DNA from: Octopus vulgaris
Lineage: Eukaryota
NCBI GenBank assembly: GCA_951406725.2
Contig: OX597814.1
Coordinates: 180,048,001 to 180,112,000 of the forward strand
Direction of reading: 5' to 3'
Length of the DNA stretch: 64,000 nucleotides
Part shown: one piece after another, positions 37,288 to 51,367 of the stretch
Numbering within the stretch: the first letter of the stretch is position 1
How the letters are laid out: every line of letters begins with the position of its first letter
Translations under genes and position numbers: made by a program
Notes under the pieces: generated by a model
Database searches by the model: none
Told to the model about the DNA's origin: nothing
What the model saw: the letters and a program-made list of their open reading frames with translations, nothing else

Positions 37288-37943
37288 TATATCTGAGGCT
37301 GTATCTGGTGAAAGCAGTAGATATTTAGTGAATAATTCGGGTAAGATTCAAATTTACAGCCTTTCACTTGCATTGCAGATTCACTAAGTTCGAATATCGA
37401 ACGTCAAAACTTTTTATCTCTTCAAATTGAAACCGTGTGAAAAATGTCTCGCACAAACTTATATACATTCACAGTTATTTACGTACACGTATTCTTTTAT
37501 TCTTATATTCTTTTATTGGTTTCGATTATTAAATGGTTACGTCTATGTTGTGGCACAGTCATTATGGGTTCAGACGATCGTATCAAACCCAGGATGTATG
37601 TGTGTGTGTGTGTGTGTGTGTACACACATGCACACGCACACACGCACATGTTCACGTACGCACGCACACGTGCACACGACCACACACACACATTTACGTG
37701 GGACTGAACCCGGAACCATGTGGTTGGCACCTATGTACATCTATAAAAATACACACACATTCACATACACATTTGTACACAAAATACAGACACACACACA
37801 CACAGATTTCACAATGACTTGCCCATTCTTGTCCTTTTTTATGTATGTATGTATGTATGTATGTATCTATACGGATATACTTCTGTATAAATATATTTTT
37901 GAGTATATGTGAGTGCATTTGTGTATGTATGTGAGTGTGTGTG

Positions 37944-37992
<49 letters not shown>

Positions 37993-38531
37993 GCCAATTT
38001 TGCTAAGGAACACACACCAATGAAATGTCAAGGAAGAAAAGGGAGGGGAACAAAAAGCGATATAAAAATGAAAACATTCCTGAACCTATCACGTGACCTA
38101 CTCTTAATCGCATTCGGAAAGTGTCCCCCCAGCAGAAAGGCACTACTGGCACCAGTAGCAAAGACTAATTTGGTAAGTGGACTTCGTTTTACTCTTTCTG
38201 AAAGAGACAGCTATACTCTGCTATAAAGTGTCTGTTGATTCGGTGGATATTTTGACAGATCTCTCTCTTTTTTTTTCCCCTTTTTTTCGTTAGTTTCTTT
38301 TCGAGTCTGATTAAAAACCCTGATGACTGCTTTTGCGTTTGTGTGTGTTTGTGCGTGTGTGAATAAGTTTCAGGGCCGCCTTGTTTATTCTATTGCAACC
38401 AGCAGCCATCATTGTCAAGCATAACTATCATACAGAATATAAGTGGTTCCAATGCCACTAGGGTGTCTCTATCGCTTATGTAGTCGTTCGGCTTGCTAGA
38501 AATACCACCCACACCACACTATGTATGTATG

Positions 38532-38568
<37 letters not shown>

Positions 38569-38698
38569 TTGCATGTGTATGTGTGTATGTATTTATATCT
38601 ATCTGCCTATATATATATTTATATACATATATATATATGTACACACACACACACACACCTATATATGTATGTATGTATGTATGTATTCTAAGCATAAA

Positions 38699-38734
38699 TG
38701 TCCGACGAACGGGAACGTGAAACTCTGAGTAACA
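38699..38734 (+). ncRNA. Minimal type I hammerhead ribozyme (U4C mutated) in a short microsatellite-embedded insert
   Basis: TGT-CCGACGA-ACG GGAA CGT-GAAA-CTCTGA-GTA-ACA; all three stems pair. Confidence 0.6.
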
Positions 38735-38901
38735 CTTTTTGTGATATTTTTGCTGCCTTTTAATAAAGCATATTACTCTACCTGGTATTCGGGTACTATT
38801 TTTCTCCACCTTGTTTTGTATTTATGTGATTACTCTGGTATATATGTATGTATATATAGATGAAGATAAGATAGATAGAATAGATAGAATAGATAGATAG
38901 A

Positions 38902-38986
<85 letters not shown>

Positions 38987-38999
38987 ATAGATAGATAGA

Positions 39000-39155
<156 letters not shown>

Positions 39156-39590
39156 GCAGACGGATCGGCAAACAGACATGTATATACAATATACATATAT
39201 GTATGTTTGTGTGTATGTGTGTATGTCTCTAACACTAGTTACACCTTCCAGCTATCAGATTAGACTGGATTTGGGGCCTAAAAGTAAAGTAGAGGATAAG
39301 GTAACCCTATTTAGGCTATGACTTAAATATCCGATGGAGGCTACTATAGTTACAACATAGTTCATCATTGTTTTGCTTCCGAAGTGTTTACCTATGGTCA
39401 TATAACAGTAACACCAACAACAATATAATGGTATTGTCATCATCATTATCATCAGCAGCAGCAGCAGCAGTAGCAGCGTCAGGACCACTGTGAAGCGGGG
39501 AATTTTAAAAAATCACATATTTGAATTATCTATATTTTAAATCTCAGTTTTTGTAATTATACCTATAATTTGAACTTAAATCCTTTAAAA

Positions 39591-39640
39591 TGTTTTAGCC
39601 CGAAGGCCGCGGCCATGCTGGGGCACCACCGCTGTAACTA
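39591..39640 (-). mobile_element. Extreme 3' tip of a CR1-group LINE/SINE tail
   Basis: Minus strand CGGTGGTGCCCCAGCATGGCCGCGGCCTTCGGGCTAAAA, homologous to the 17027-17067 tail. Confidence 0.6.
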
Positions 39641-39710
39641 TAGAATTTTTTTTTTTTTTTTTGAAATGTGTCTCGACTACCGAGAGTTTTGTATATGGCA
39701 CATATCAGAA

Positions 39711-39786
<76 letters not shown>

Positions 39787-39986
39787 GGAGAGAGAGAGAC
39801 AGAGAGACAGAGAGAGAGAGACAGAGAGAGACAGAGACAGAGAGAGACAGAGACAGAGAGAGACAGAGACAGAGAGAGACAGAGAGATAGATAAACAGGC
39901 AGACAGGCAGGCAGGCAGGCAGGCAGACAGACAGACAGATAAGCTGACAGACACACACACACAGACGGACACAGACAGACTCACAA

Positions 39987-40041
<55 letters not shown>

Positions 40042-40320
40042 GGCAGGCAGGCAGACAGTCAGACAGACAGACAGACAGACTGATTGATTGAAAGAGACAC
40101 AAAACATAGGCACATATCAGGCATATACAGAGATATGTATGTGAATATTGTACTCTTAGTATCCGAGATGTGCAGACATGGGTGTGCGAGTGAGAATGAG
40201 TGCAAGGATACGCTGTTTTGTCTAAATGTAACCTTGCATGTGTTAAATGCTTTTACGTACAATTTGTGTCCTAAATCTACTCGTATTTGCAAGTATTTTG
40301 TAATATACAAAAGTGTGTTT

Positions 40321-40586
40321 AAGGCGGCGAGCTGGCAGAATCGTTAGCAACGACGTGCAAAGTACTTAGTAGTATTTCGTCTGTCTTCACGTAATGAGTT
40401 GAAATGCCGACGGGGTCGACTTTATCTTTCATCCTTTCGCGATCGATATAAGTACCAGTTGAACTCTGAGATCGATTTGTTTATTCTATGCAACCAGCAG
40501 CCACCATTGTCATCATAACTATCATATAGAATATAAGTGGTTCCAATGCCCAAAATTGCTGGCTTTGTGCCAAAAGTTGAAATGAA
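40321..40586 (+). mobile_element. SINE family B with a 72-bp captured local sequence
   Basis: AAGGCGGCGAGCTGGCAGAATCGTTAGC head; 40479-40550 matches 38383-38456. Confidence 0.8.
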
Positions 40587-41134
40587 TATACAACAGTGAA
40601 TGTGTGTGTGTGTGTGTAGAAATAATATGGGTAGCTTATTAGCAATTTAACAGCATAAAGTCATTAAGATAGTGCTTCTGTGGCTATTGAGATGTTTTGC
40701 CTCTTATTTCTAGCAATGGTGGTACTACTTAGCACCCTCTGTCACTTTAGTGACGCCTAAACGTGGAGTAGATGAAACTAAGGCGACTGAAGAAGGGAAA
40801 TTTTCCTTGTTTTGTATGTCCTGTACTCTAATTTTTCGTTGTTTAAAAGAAATGTCCATTTCCTTGGTTTTGTGTTTATGTTTTCATTTCTCATTGTGTT
40901 CGACGTTTTTTTGGTGTCCTGTATCCATATATGCATGTGTATATACATGTAGAGGTAGGTACGTACATATATGTATGTATATATGCATATGTTTTATTTA
41001 TTAATATATATATATATATATACATAATTTAAATAATACGGTTGAAATATTGAATATTAATTTGGATATTAATTTAAAACCAGTGGCTTAGCATATTGAA
41101 AAAATATGAAGATTCAGAAAAATTATATGTATGT

Positions 41135-41194
<60 letters not shown>

Positions 41195-41235
41195 GTACAT
41201 TGTTGCAGACAGGGAAAATAGAACTCAAAGTTTGA

Positions 41236-41271
<36 letters not shown>

Positions 41272-41280
41272 TTTTATTAA

Positions 41281-41392
41281 TATTTAACAGAAGTAACAGA
41301 ATGACTCAAGGTCCGAGATGTTTGTACGTTGGCGATAAGTGACAATAAACGAAACTCTCGGACCTTGAGTCACTCTGTTACTTCTGCTAAAT
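41281..41392. repeat. ~38-bp arm inverted repeat next to (TA)n
   Basis: TATTTAACAGAAGTAACAGAATGACTCAAGGTCCGAGA / TCTCGGACCTTGAGTCACTCTGTTACTTCTGCTAAATA. Confidence 0.85.
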
Positions 41393-41752
41393 ATCAATAT
41401 ATATGTATTTACAAATATATATTTATGTACATACATTCACATACTTGCACGCAGCCCCACACACAGACACTCACACACTTACAGCCCTACACATGCAAGT
41501 ATGCACGCACACATGCAAACACATGTGAGTGGTGACTTGGCTGAGAGTGATATAAACAAAAGCCGTATTAATAAAGTGAATTTTAGGTTTCTTTTCCTGT
41601 ACTTTCTTGTAACCAATCATATATCTGTTTAGGAATCTATTTCTCTTCTCCTCGTCTTTCTTTTCCCCATTCCCTCTCTTCTCTTTCTCTACTTCTCTCT
41701 TCGGGTAGAATTCGGTTGCCGGAAACAGTGCAGTAGTCTGTCACTTGTGCTT

Positions 41753-41783
<31 letters not shown>

Positions 41784-42044
41784 TAACGTGTGTGTGTCTG
41801 TGTGCATATGTGTGTATGTGTGTGAGTGTTTTTATATATATATTGTATATATGTATGTATATGTATCCGGGTCGGATTAAGACCCATAGAGACCCTAAAG
41901 CCCTTAAAAGATTTTGGTGCCCTCATATAAATGTTATTGAAAATATAAACCACAATAAACCATAAAATGATATTTTTATTTTTCAAAATGTAACAAAAAT
42001 GTAAGATGGAAAATAATTCTTATTTTCCCATACTCCCATTCTTT

Positions 42045-42493
42045 TGCACTTATTTCAGTCTTTTGACTGCGGCTATGCTGGAACAAGGCCTTTAGTCGAA
42101 GAAATAGACTCAGGATTTATTCATTGTAAGCCTGGTATTTATTCTATCGTTTACTTAGACCGTGCCGCTAAGTTACGGGGACGCAAACATACCAACATTG
42201 GATGTCAAGCGTTGGCGTGGGTGGGACAAACACAGACGCACACACGCACATATGTATGTACATATATATATATATATACATGTATATACATATATATATA
42301 TTTATATATATATATATATATATACGATGGGCTTCTTTCAGTTTCCGTCTACCAAATCCACTCACAGGGCTTTGGTCAGCCCGAGGCTATAGTAGAATAC
42401 ATTTACCCAAGCCAAGGTGTCACGCAGTGGGACTGAACCCAAAACCATGTGGTTGGGAAGCAAGGTTCTTACCACACGGCTACGCTTGCGCCT
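42045..42493 (-). mobile_element. SINE family A, diverged
   Basis: Reverse complement of the full family A structure. Confidence 0.85.
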
Positions 42494-42791
42494 ATATTTG
42501 AAAAGTTTTCTCCTCCTTTTTCTACACTTTTGATCAGATCCTCGAAATTAATCTTACATAACGCATCTGCTATCATACTTAGTAGTGATATGACATCCCG
42601 AATATTATTTTAGCAAGTTTAATGTGATTTCTTTTGTGCATCAAATCATTTACCATTTCTATGGTGCCTCCCCTTCCTTTGATGTCCTACGCACGTGCTT
42701 ATTTTACCTAATGGTTAATCCAGCTCTGATATACATATATAAATGCATGCATACATACATACATACATACATACATACATACATACATACA

Positions 42792-42825
<34 letters not shown>

Positions 42826-44030
42826 CGAGGGGTGTTCATTAAAGATTTTCCTTGACCCACTTCCCAAAGACTGGGATAAACATAACTTGGCAGAATTATT
42901 AGCCCTTCTCTACATAGCCACCACCAATGGTGACACTTCTCCCATCGTTTTATGTATCTATAAAGACCTCGTCTGTAGAAGATTGTAGGTTGCGTCTGGA
43001 GCCAAGACTTTACCTCAGAAATAAGTTCATCATCATCCGAAAAGTGCCTCCCTTTCAAAAAAAGACTTCGTGATTGGAAAGAAGTGAAAGTCAGATGGTG
43101 CGAGGTCGGGAGGATAAGGGGGATGAGGAAGGATTTCATAGCTGAAGGAGTGCTTTTTCATTTGGGCAACATGTGCATTGTGAACTGGGTCTCGTCTTGG
43201 AGGAGGCAGACTCCTTTGGTCAGCATGCCACGGCTCTCTGTTTTGATAGCGTACTGCAATTTCTGCAGCAGAGAAGTATAATATAATATATAATATAAAT
43301 GTTAATCGTGGTACCCTTGGCCAAAAGATCCATCTTCACTACTCCGCACTGGTCCCAAAAGACTATGAGAATCACCTTGCTTGCTAAGTGTTAGTCTCAA
43401 GATCATAATGATGGACCCATGTTTTATCCTGTGTGATAAGTCTGCCGAAAACGTTCTCCTCGTTTTCTTGGCACATTGCCAAAAGAGCCTGGGTGCAATT
43501 GACTTGTTCCTGCTTCTGAAAAGGTGTGAGAATCCGAGGAATCCATCGTGCAGACAACTTCTGCATATGCAAATGGTCGTGAAGGATTTTTTCCACGGAC
43601 CTTACACTTATCTTCACTTCTTGGCTAGTTGCCGAATGGTTGTGAGCTATCCTCCAAAATGGCGGCTTCCACTTTATGAATAGTGTCAACATCAATGGCG
43701 GAAGGTGGTCGTCCAGGAATAAGAGCAGTTTCCACTGATGTTCGACAGATGTCCGACCACATCGTCACCATAAACCTCTTTCATCTCATCGAAAGTTTCT
43801 TTTGGTGTACGCCCTTTCAAGTATAAGAGCCTGATCACTGATCTGCATTTAACTGCCTCCATTGTAATACCCTAGTCCACTTCAGCAGCTGTAAATGACA
43901 AATGAATACTAGTGGAAAGCTACAATTTACAATGTGACATGTAAAGGCATGTATGATTATACCTGTACAAGTTCTGTTTCCTTCTTTCACTGGAAGTGGG
44001 TCAGGGGAAATCTTTAATGAATGTCCCTCG
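42826..44030 (-). mobile_element. Near full-length decayed mariner transposon
   Basis: TIRs CGAGGGGTGTTCATTAAAGATTTTCCTTGACCCACTTCC / GGAAGTGGGTCAGGGGAAATCTTTAATGAATGTCCCTCG; transposase remnants MEAVKCRSVIRLLYLKG, ARWIPRILT, LITQDKTWVHHYD, HPPYPPDLAPSDFH, LKGRHF..RWEKC. Confidence 0.92.
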
Positions 44031-44546
44031 TGTATATATATATATAGTCAATAGTTCATATATCCGAAAAAATACTCTAACATTGGAACATATATATATG
44101 TGTGTGTGTGTGTATCGTTGGTAGTGAAGATGAATTTTAAGGCGCTCTCTTACCTGAAATATCTGCTCGTTAAATTAGCATGTAAATGGCTGAGTACTTC
44201 CGAGGTACATGTAACCAGCAAATAGAATATATGAGACACAGAATATGATAAACGGTAGAACATTGAATTGCAGGTACTTTCCATCTGACGAGCCTTCACA
44301 CAGTTTCTGATGACCTAATTTGACGCACAAATCATGGGTCAAAACGTGATTATGGTAAGATACTATGTAGTGGGATCGAACCCGGTATCTCATGCTTGCA
44401 AAGCGAAGTTCTTAAATACATAACCACCCGAGCATATCGAGCCCCTCCGTAAAGATAAAAATACATAACTGCTGCCAGTGAGATTTGAACCCACAACGTA
44501 AAGTAATATAATTTAATATTATAGGCTATAATATAAGTTATTTTGC

Positions 44547-44972
44547 AAGACGGCGAGCTGGTAGAATCGTTAGCACGCTGGGCAAAATGCTTATTGGCAT
44601 TTCGTCATTATTTACATTCTGAGTTCAAATTCCATCGAGGTCAACTTTGCAATTCATTCTCTGAAGGTCGATAAAATAAGTGCCAGTTGAATTCTGAGAT
44701 CGCTGTAATCCACTGACCTCTCCTCCGAAATTTCTGGTTTTGTGAGAAAGCTTGAAATCAATATTATATGTTACTTTGTAAAAGGGTGAGCTGGCAGAAT
44801 CGTTAACTCACCGGGCAAAATGCTTATCGACATTTCGTCCGTCTTTACACTCCGAGTTCAAATTACACTAAAGTCAGCTTTACCTTTCATTCTTTCGAGG
44901 TCAATGTAATTGACGTAATCTCCCCCTCCTCCCATAAATTGCTGGTCTTTTGCCAAAATTTGGAACCAGTAT
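44547..44972 (+). mobile_element. Two tandem old SINE B copies
   Basis: Heads at about 44547 and 44781 (GAGCTGG(T/C)AGAATCGTTA). Confidence 0.75.
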
Positions 44973-45327
44973 TATAAAGCATTTTTTTGTTTACGGGAGA
45001 AGCAGTAGACTGCTAGATAATATGATTTCGGCGGTATTTATCTTGCTATTAACTATCTTTGCCCAAAAGAGCGACCAGAGTACTCCTCTCATTTCCCCTC
45101 CCCTCTCTCTTTCTGTGTCTTCCTCATGCACAGACGAAAACTCGAAATATTAGATCCTTCATTCCTCCTACCAAGTGAATTTATCAAACACTTCTCTATA
45201 TTCTCGCATGAACTAATTATTGCTGAAGCTTCCTTTGTTGCCGGGATATTTTCTCTTCATTAGTTAGTCTTGTTTTTATTAGTCATCCCCTACCCCATAG
45301 GAATGAAATTAAAATTCCTTCCTTCTT

Positions 45328-45365
<38 letters not shown>

Positions 45366-45598
45366 ATTCTATCTCTCTCTATCTATCTATCTGTCTATCT
45401 ATCTATCACTTTCTCTCATTTCGATGTTTCAATCCCAAAGGAATCTTAACTAAATTTGTAGCAATCTGAAGTATCGCTATGGGTATTGGAAGCGGGTCGT
45501 ACACGTGCAGCCTGGCACCATGCATGTGTGAATAGGAATGCGTGATTATTATGTGTGAGCGCATGCGGAAAATAGAAGTAAAATATGTATCTTGAAGC

Positions 45599-45805
45599 TA
45601 AGCCAGCGAACTGGCAGAATTGTTAGGATGCTTTGCGGTATTTCGCCCGTCTTTATGTTCTGAGTTCAAATTCCTCCGAAGTCGACTTTGCTTTTCATCT
45701 TTATCGGGGTCGATAAAATAAGTACCAGTTGAGCACTGGGGTTCTATGTAATCGAGTTACACCCTCCCCGAAATTGCTGGCCTTGTGCCAAAATTTGAAA
45801 TCAAT
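45599..45805 (+). mobile_element. SINE family B, old
   Basis: GTTCTGAGTTCAAATTCC..GGGGTCGATAAAATAAGTACCAG..GGCCTTGTGCCAAAATTTGAAA. Confidence 0.8.
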
Positions 45806-45974
45806 GTACATTTTGAAGGCTTTCGTTTCATTTTTCATTTTTGATTAGTTGAAATTCAAAACCGAACACGTAGTACTATGTATTTGAAAAAAAAATACAT
45901 AGTACTGGATGAACGAAGACCAAATATTGGTTATGCCACCAGCCTCGTAATCAAATTCAGTCAATGGTCAAACA

Positions 45975-46388
45975 ATCTGAAAAAGCTACTACTTCGAAGT
46001 CACTTTCTCGATCATATAGTCTAGGTTTCAATCCCACCGCGCAGCACTTTCGGTAAGTGTCTTCTACTAGAGACCCTGGTCTACCAAAATCTTGTTAAGG
46101 TACACAGAAAGAAGCCCGTCGTATATATATGCATGTGTGTGTGTGTGTATGTGTGCAAGTGTGTGTATACGTATATGTGCATGTATAAATCTTTGTGTCT
46201 GTGTTTGTCTCTTACGGTCGCTTGACGGCCAATGTTGTCTTGTTTATGCTTTTGTACCTTAGTGATAAACTGAATACCAAGTTTAAAAGTAAGGACTGAG
46301 GTTGATTTCTTCGACGAAACCTTTCAAAGCAGTGCCCTAGCATGGCCGTAGTCCAATGATTGAAACACGTAAAAAGTAAAAGGTAAAG
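45975..46388 (+). mobile_element. SINE family A, old
   Basis: AAGTGTCTTCTACTA, GAAAGAAGCCCGTCG and CAGTGCCCTAGCATGGCCGTAGTCCAATGATTGAAAC remnants. Confidence 0.7.
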
Positions 46389-46412
46389 GAATGTATCTGT
46401 ATGGAAATAGTA

Positions 46413-46932
46413 CCTTAAATCCTCGAGTATAGTCCGCCTTTGAGTATAATACGCAGGGGGTTTTTAGGGGGGCTGTTACTTCTGAAAAACCTAAACCTTG
46501 TGTATAATACGCACTCCTTCTCTAACTTCAGTCAAGGAGGTCTATATAACGTCCTTGGTTTATAAAAATGTATACGGAACGTCCTTTATTATTATTGTAT
46601 ATATAACATAATGCAAACGTGTAGCTTTTTTGTGCATTTTGTTTGCAGAAAATAAAGGAATAACAGTAATAACAGTAATAACGTTTAATAAATGTTGCTT
46701 ACTGCAAGTTATGGATGATTCTTTTATGACTTCATTGCTTTCAGGCTTAGCTTAAGGTATTTTCGCGCCCGACATTACAAAATGCGTCTGAATAAACATT
46801 GCCGGACAGCAAATAGACTCGGACATCGCTTAGAAAATATTTTTCATGCTTAACCTCGTATATAGTATGCACTAGTGATTTTGACCTTTAAATTTTGGGG
46901 AAAAAATGCGGATTATACTCGAGGATGTACGG
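46413..46932. mobile_element. Tc1/mariner-superfamily (Tc2/pogo-like) MITE
   Basis: TA-CCTTAAATCCTCGAGTATAGTCCGC / GCGGATTATACTCGAGGATGTACGG-TA. Confidence 0.8.
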
Positions 46933-47692
46933 TATATACTATGCATGTAAGTGTAAACGCAATGATTAATTTTCAATCAAGAATTTTGAAGGTGATCCAG
47001 TTTTTTAGAGATACAAAAACAAAGCGCTTTAGAAATAACTGACATCTTGAAATAATTTAATTACAGCAACCATTTTAAAAATCTGATGCAAAAATCGTAT
47101 TTTGTTTCTATTTGATTTTTCATTCATTTATGTCTATTAATGTTTCTTCGTGTCAATTATATTCACTTATTTCAAAGTTTAATTCAAATTTGTGAGAAAT
47201 CCTTCCATTACGTTCAAGTTATTAAATGGCGTTATTCTTTTAATTAGGTGGTTTCAAGTTTCTCTCTTTACTTTACGTTTCATGTTTCATCTCACCGACT
47301 ATAGGAAATATATATTCGTCATCTTCCAAAAATGGGAGAATGCTTCCATAATATACAATAAAATGTCTCAGGTGAGGGTAATAGATTTGAAACCATCAAG
47401 AGAGACAATTTGGACATCCCATTAATCCTTATATATTTTAAGCATTTCGTTGATTGTTTTATAGAAAATATAACCATTTAAATTAGATATTCCTTTGGCT
47501 GCCATTTATAAAATACACCAAAATCTGGCATTTCCTTGAATACTGCACGAGAAAGTTACCATCAAAATTAGACACTCCATTAACAACTATTGATAAAATG
47601 ATCCCGATTAGATATTATCTTAAATGCTATACATAGAAAAACCATAAAAATTAGACTCCGGACCACACACACACACATACACACAACACATG

Positions 47693-47982
47693 AGCGCAAG
47701 CATGGATGTGTGGTTAAGAAGCACACTTCTCAACGCGTGGTTTCGGGTTCAGTTCTACAGCAGAGCACCTTGCGCGTGTATCTTTAATAACTCCGGGCCG
47801 ACCAATGCCTCGTGAGTGATTGTTGGTAGACAGAAACTGTGTGGAAGCCTGCTGTGTGTGTGTGTGTGTGTGTGTATGAATCTTTGTGTCTGTATTTGGT
47901 CTCCCTTGACAACCGGTGTTGTTTTTTTATGTCCCAATAACCCAGCGGTTCAGCAGCAGTGTCCGAAGTAATAAGTACCAGT
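47693..47982 (+). mobile_element. SINE family A, old
   Basis: Diverged head and middle (GGGCCGACCAATGCC, GGTAGACAGAAACTG, TTGACAACCGG). Confidence 0.7.
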
Positions 47983-48596
47983 CATTAATGGTTGAAGTAA
48001 GTAGAAATGTGAAAAATAAAAGATTCCATTTACTGCCTTTCTTAAAGAAGACCATTAAAATTAGATAATCCATTAACAACTGTTCTTATAATAGATTATC
48101 AAAATGAAACATTCACTTAATTTTTATACAAACAGTAGACCATCAAAATTATACATTCCATTTACTAGCATTCATAAGACAGACCATCAAAATTATACAT
48201 TCCATTAACCATCAAAATTCGTCAGTTAATTACTATCTGTAAATTAGATCATGATAATTAGAAAGCCCATGCATTAATATACGAAAAATATATCATTTAA
48301 AGAGGATCACTATAGATTACAATTCATATAATAATCCCTCTAAATTAGACAATTATTATATGTAAAATAGAGAATCAAATTGCACTGAAATAATCTATTG
48401 AAATTATGATCCATACAATTAAATACTACCCTAGTCATAACTTAAGTAACTGATTAAAATCAAAACTGAATGCCATATATACTTCATTTTTTTTCCTGGT
48501 GGATCAAAACTTTTACTCATTCAAAATGTCCATCATAGTCATCTAAAAATGAAAGAGGGTGTAAAGGTTTTTTTTTTTTTTTAATATCTAGTTTGG

Positions 48597-49040
48597 AGTT
48601 CGTCCGTTTATTCCTTCTGAGCTCAAATTCCGCCGAGGTCGACTTTGTTTTTCATCTTTTCGGAGTCGATAAAATAAATACCAGTTGAGCATTGGGGCCG
48701 ATGCAATCGACTTGCTCCTTCCCGGAAATTGCTGGCATTGTACCAACATTTGAAACCAAAATTCAGTTTGGTGATAAAGGCGATGAGCTGACAGAATCGT
48801 TAGAACGCCGAGCAAAATGCTTAGCGGTATTTCGTCCCTCTTTACGATCTGGAGTAGTGAAGTCGATGTAGTCGACTGACTGCCCCACTCCTCCGAATTT
48901 TCTGGCATGGAGACAAAATCTGAAACCAATATTTTGGATAAAAGGTAAAGTTGACTTCAGCAGGATTTGAACTTAGAACATATAGAAGTGGATAAAATAC
49001 TCCAAAGCATTTTATCCTACGTGCAGACGATTCTGCTTGC
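48597..49040. mobile_element. Cluster of old SINE B fragments in both orientations
   Basis: Core motifs at about 48615, 48778 (+) and 48940-49040 (-). Confidence 0.7.
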
Positions 49041-50029
49041 TCAACGCTTATATACGCAAAATAAACCATCAAGATTAGACATTCTATTAACCATCATTCT
49101 TAAAATAGATCATCGAAATTAGATTGAAAAAGTATTCAAATAATTCAAATGTACTTTGTATAAACTTTTACCATCAACCAACGCGCACAATTGCTAAAAC
49201 TCCAAGATGTTTGCTCCATGCCAAACGAAAGATATGGAGATTGTGATAGTGACAGAAGTAATGACAATGGCAATGGTGACAGTGGAAGTGAAAGTGATAG
49301 CGATCGAGATAGCTGTGGTGGTAGTAATAGCGATATAATTAAGCTGAGGAATTCGCGTTAGATATTGGGTCAGATAATTTATTGAGGAAGTGTCACAATA
49401 GAATATGACAAATAAGTTTAATAGACTATCACGTTTCCTTTAATAGAAAAAGTTTATGACCTCATACTGGCAAGATATCAACTTGATGAAGTTTTACTTT
49501 ATTCTGCCTAAAATGACTTTTAAAGTTGAGGAGATGGCCATTTTGACAAGATGGCATGTATTTGATTATTGATTCGTTTAATTAAGACTTACTTATGACA
49601 GAACATGACAAACAGTAATATAATAGTCATTGACGCCATCTTTATCCTCATCATCATCATCACCAAGACCGCAAATAAGAATGATCTAAATTTTTATACC
49701 CTTGGGTGTCTTTAGCGGAGTCCGCTCTGATGAAAATATTCGGACCATTTTCATGCACTGCTTCTTATTCCAGTAACCAATGAGTCATGATTTTGTTTTT
49801 ATTTCCGGCTACCAGCCTCAAGGGGGCTGTAAAAAGGTCATCGCTACAACACTCTCTCCTCTGACTAAGTCATTAAGGGGACAAAATGGTTTTTCTAATA
49901 TGAAATTGAAACCTTCTTTTGGTGTGAACTCTGGTTAAAATATGTAAATCAAGATAATCAAGACAAAACTGAACTGGTGTCACTCAAACTCAATTCAAAT
50001 GGTGAAGCCGTTGATTTCTGTATATTTTT

Positions 50030-50578
50030 ATCTTTTACCCTTTACTTATTACAGTCATTAGACTGCCACCATGCAGGGGTGCCGCTTTGAGGAATTTTAG
50101 TCGAATGAATTAACCCCAGTACTTATTCTATCAGACTCTTTTGCCAAAACCGCTAAGTTACGGGGATGAAAATATACTAACACCAATTGTCCGACAGTGA
50201 TGGAAGACAAACACACATACACACACATATATACATACATACATGCATACATACACACATACACACATACACGCATGCACACGCATACACACACACACAC
50301 ACATACATACATACATACATACATACATACATACATACATACATACATGTAAACATACAATATGAAACAATTATTCGGTAGCCATGATAAAACTCCGAGT
50401 TTCGGATGTCGGGGCGGAAACCCACGCCGCCATCTCTTTAGTTATCCGGCCATCGAAAAATCTTTCGGTAGCCATCATGGCTACCGAATAATTGTCATAT
50501 ATTATATTTACAGATAAATTCCTCTATTTACATAATATCGAGGTCGCTTTCATTGTTTTGTTGTCTTACCATTTCTAT

Positions 50579-50628
<50 letters not shown>

Positions 50629-50780
50629 GACGAGCTTCTTTCAGTTTCTGTCTACCAAATCCACCCACAATGCCTTAGTCGACCCAAGGTTGTAGTAGGA
50701 GACACGTTCACAAGGTGCTACGCAGTGCGACTGAACCCGGAACCATGTGGTTGGGAAGCAATCTTCTTACCACACAGCCA
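50030..50780 (-). mobile_element. SINE family A, old, with insert 50360-50580 in its microsatellite
   Basis: Tail at 50030-50210, head at 50626-50780. Confidence 0.75.
50386..50446 (-). ncRNA. Degenerate type I hammerhead ribozyme in insert with 22-bp inverted repeat
   Basis: Minus strand GATAA-CTAAAGA-GATG...CATCC-GAAA-CTCGGA-GTT-TTATC; IR ACAATTATTCGGTAGCCATGAT (50367-50388) / 50474-50495. Confidence 0.55.
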
Positions 50781-51139
50781 GTTATTTATTTATTTTTTCC
50801 GACAGCTCAGGAAAAAAATTATTGAAATTAGAACCAGAAATATTTATTGACAGCTTGATTAAAAGTACAAATAAATACACTACGTGATTATCATAACAGA
50901 ATTATCGATTGAGTTTTAAATAAACAAATTGATTTGATTTACGATATGTGAATAATAAATGAATCATATTCCAACCAAAATTTATTTAATAATATGAGAC
51001 AATAATATTAAAAAATGTTATGCTCACTTTCATCAGAAAAGGGCATGCACGAAACTGTATACAAACAGATATACACACACACATGTGTATGTATATATAT
51101 ATATATATACACACATACACAGGCGCACACACACATATG

Positions 51140-51185
<46 letters not shown>

Positions 51186-51314
51186 CATGTATGTGTGTGT
51201 GCGTGTGTGTGTGTATGTATATATACATACATATATACATATACATACATACATATATACATATACATACATATCATACATACATACATATACACATACA
51301 TACATACATACATG

Positions 51315-51367
<53 letters not shown>

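Noticed and set aside
40769-40812. CTGAAGA followed by a hairpin as an HHR
   Set aside because: No GAAA or NUH follows the hairpin; at most a deleted remnant.
44280-44320. CTGACGA and CTGATGA motifs
   Set aside because: No paired stem II or GAAA..GUH; likely chance matches. The same holds at about 38319 and 49726.
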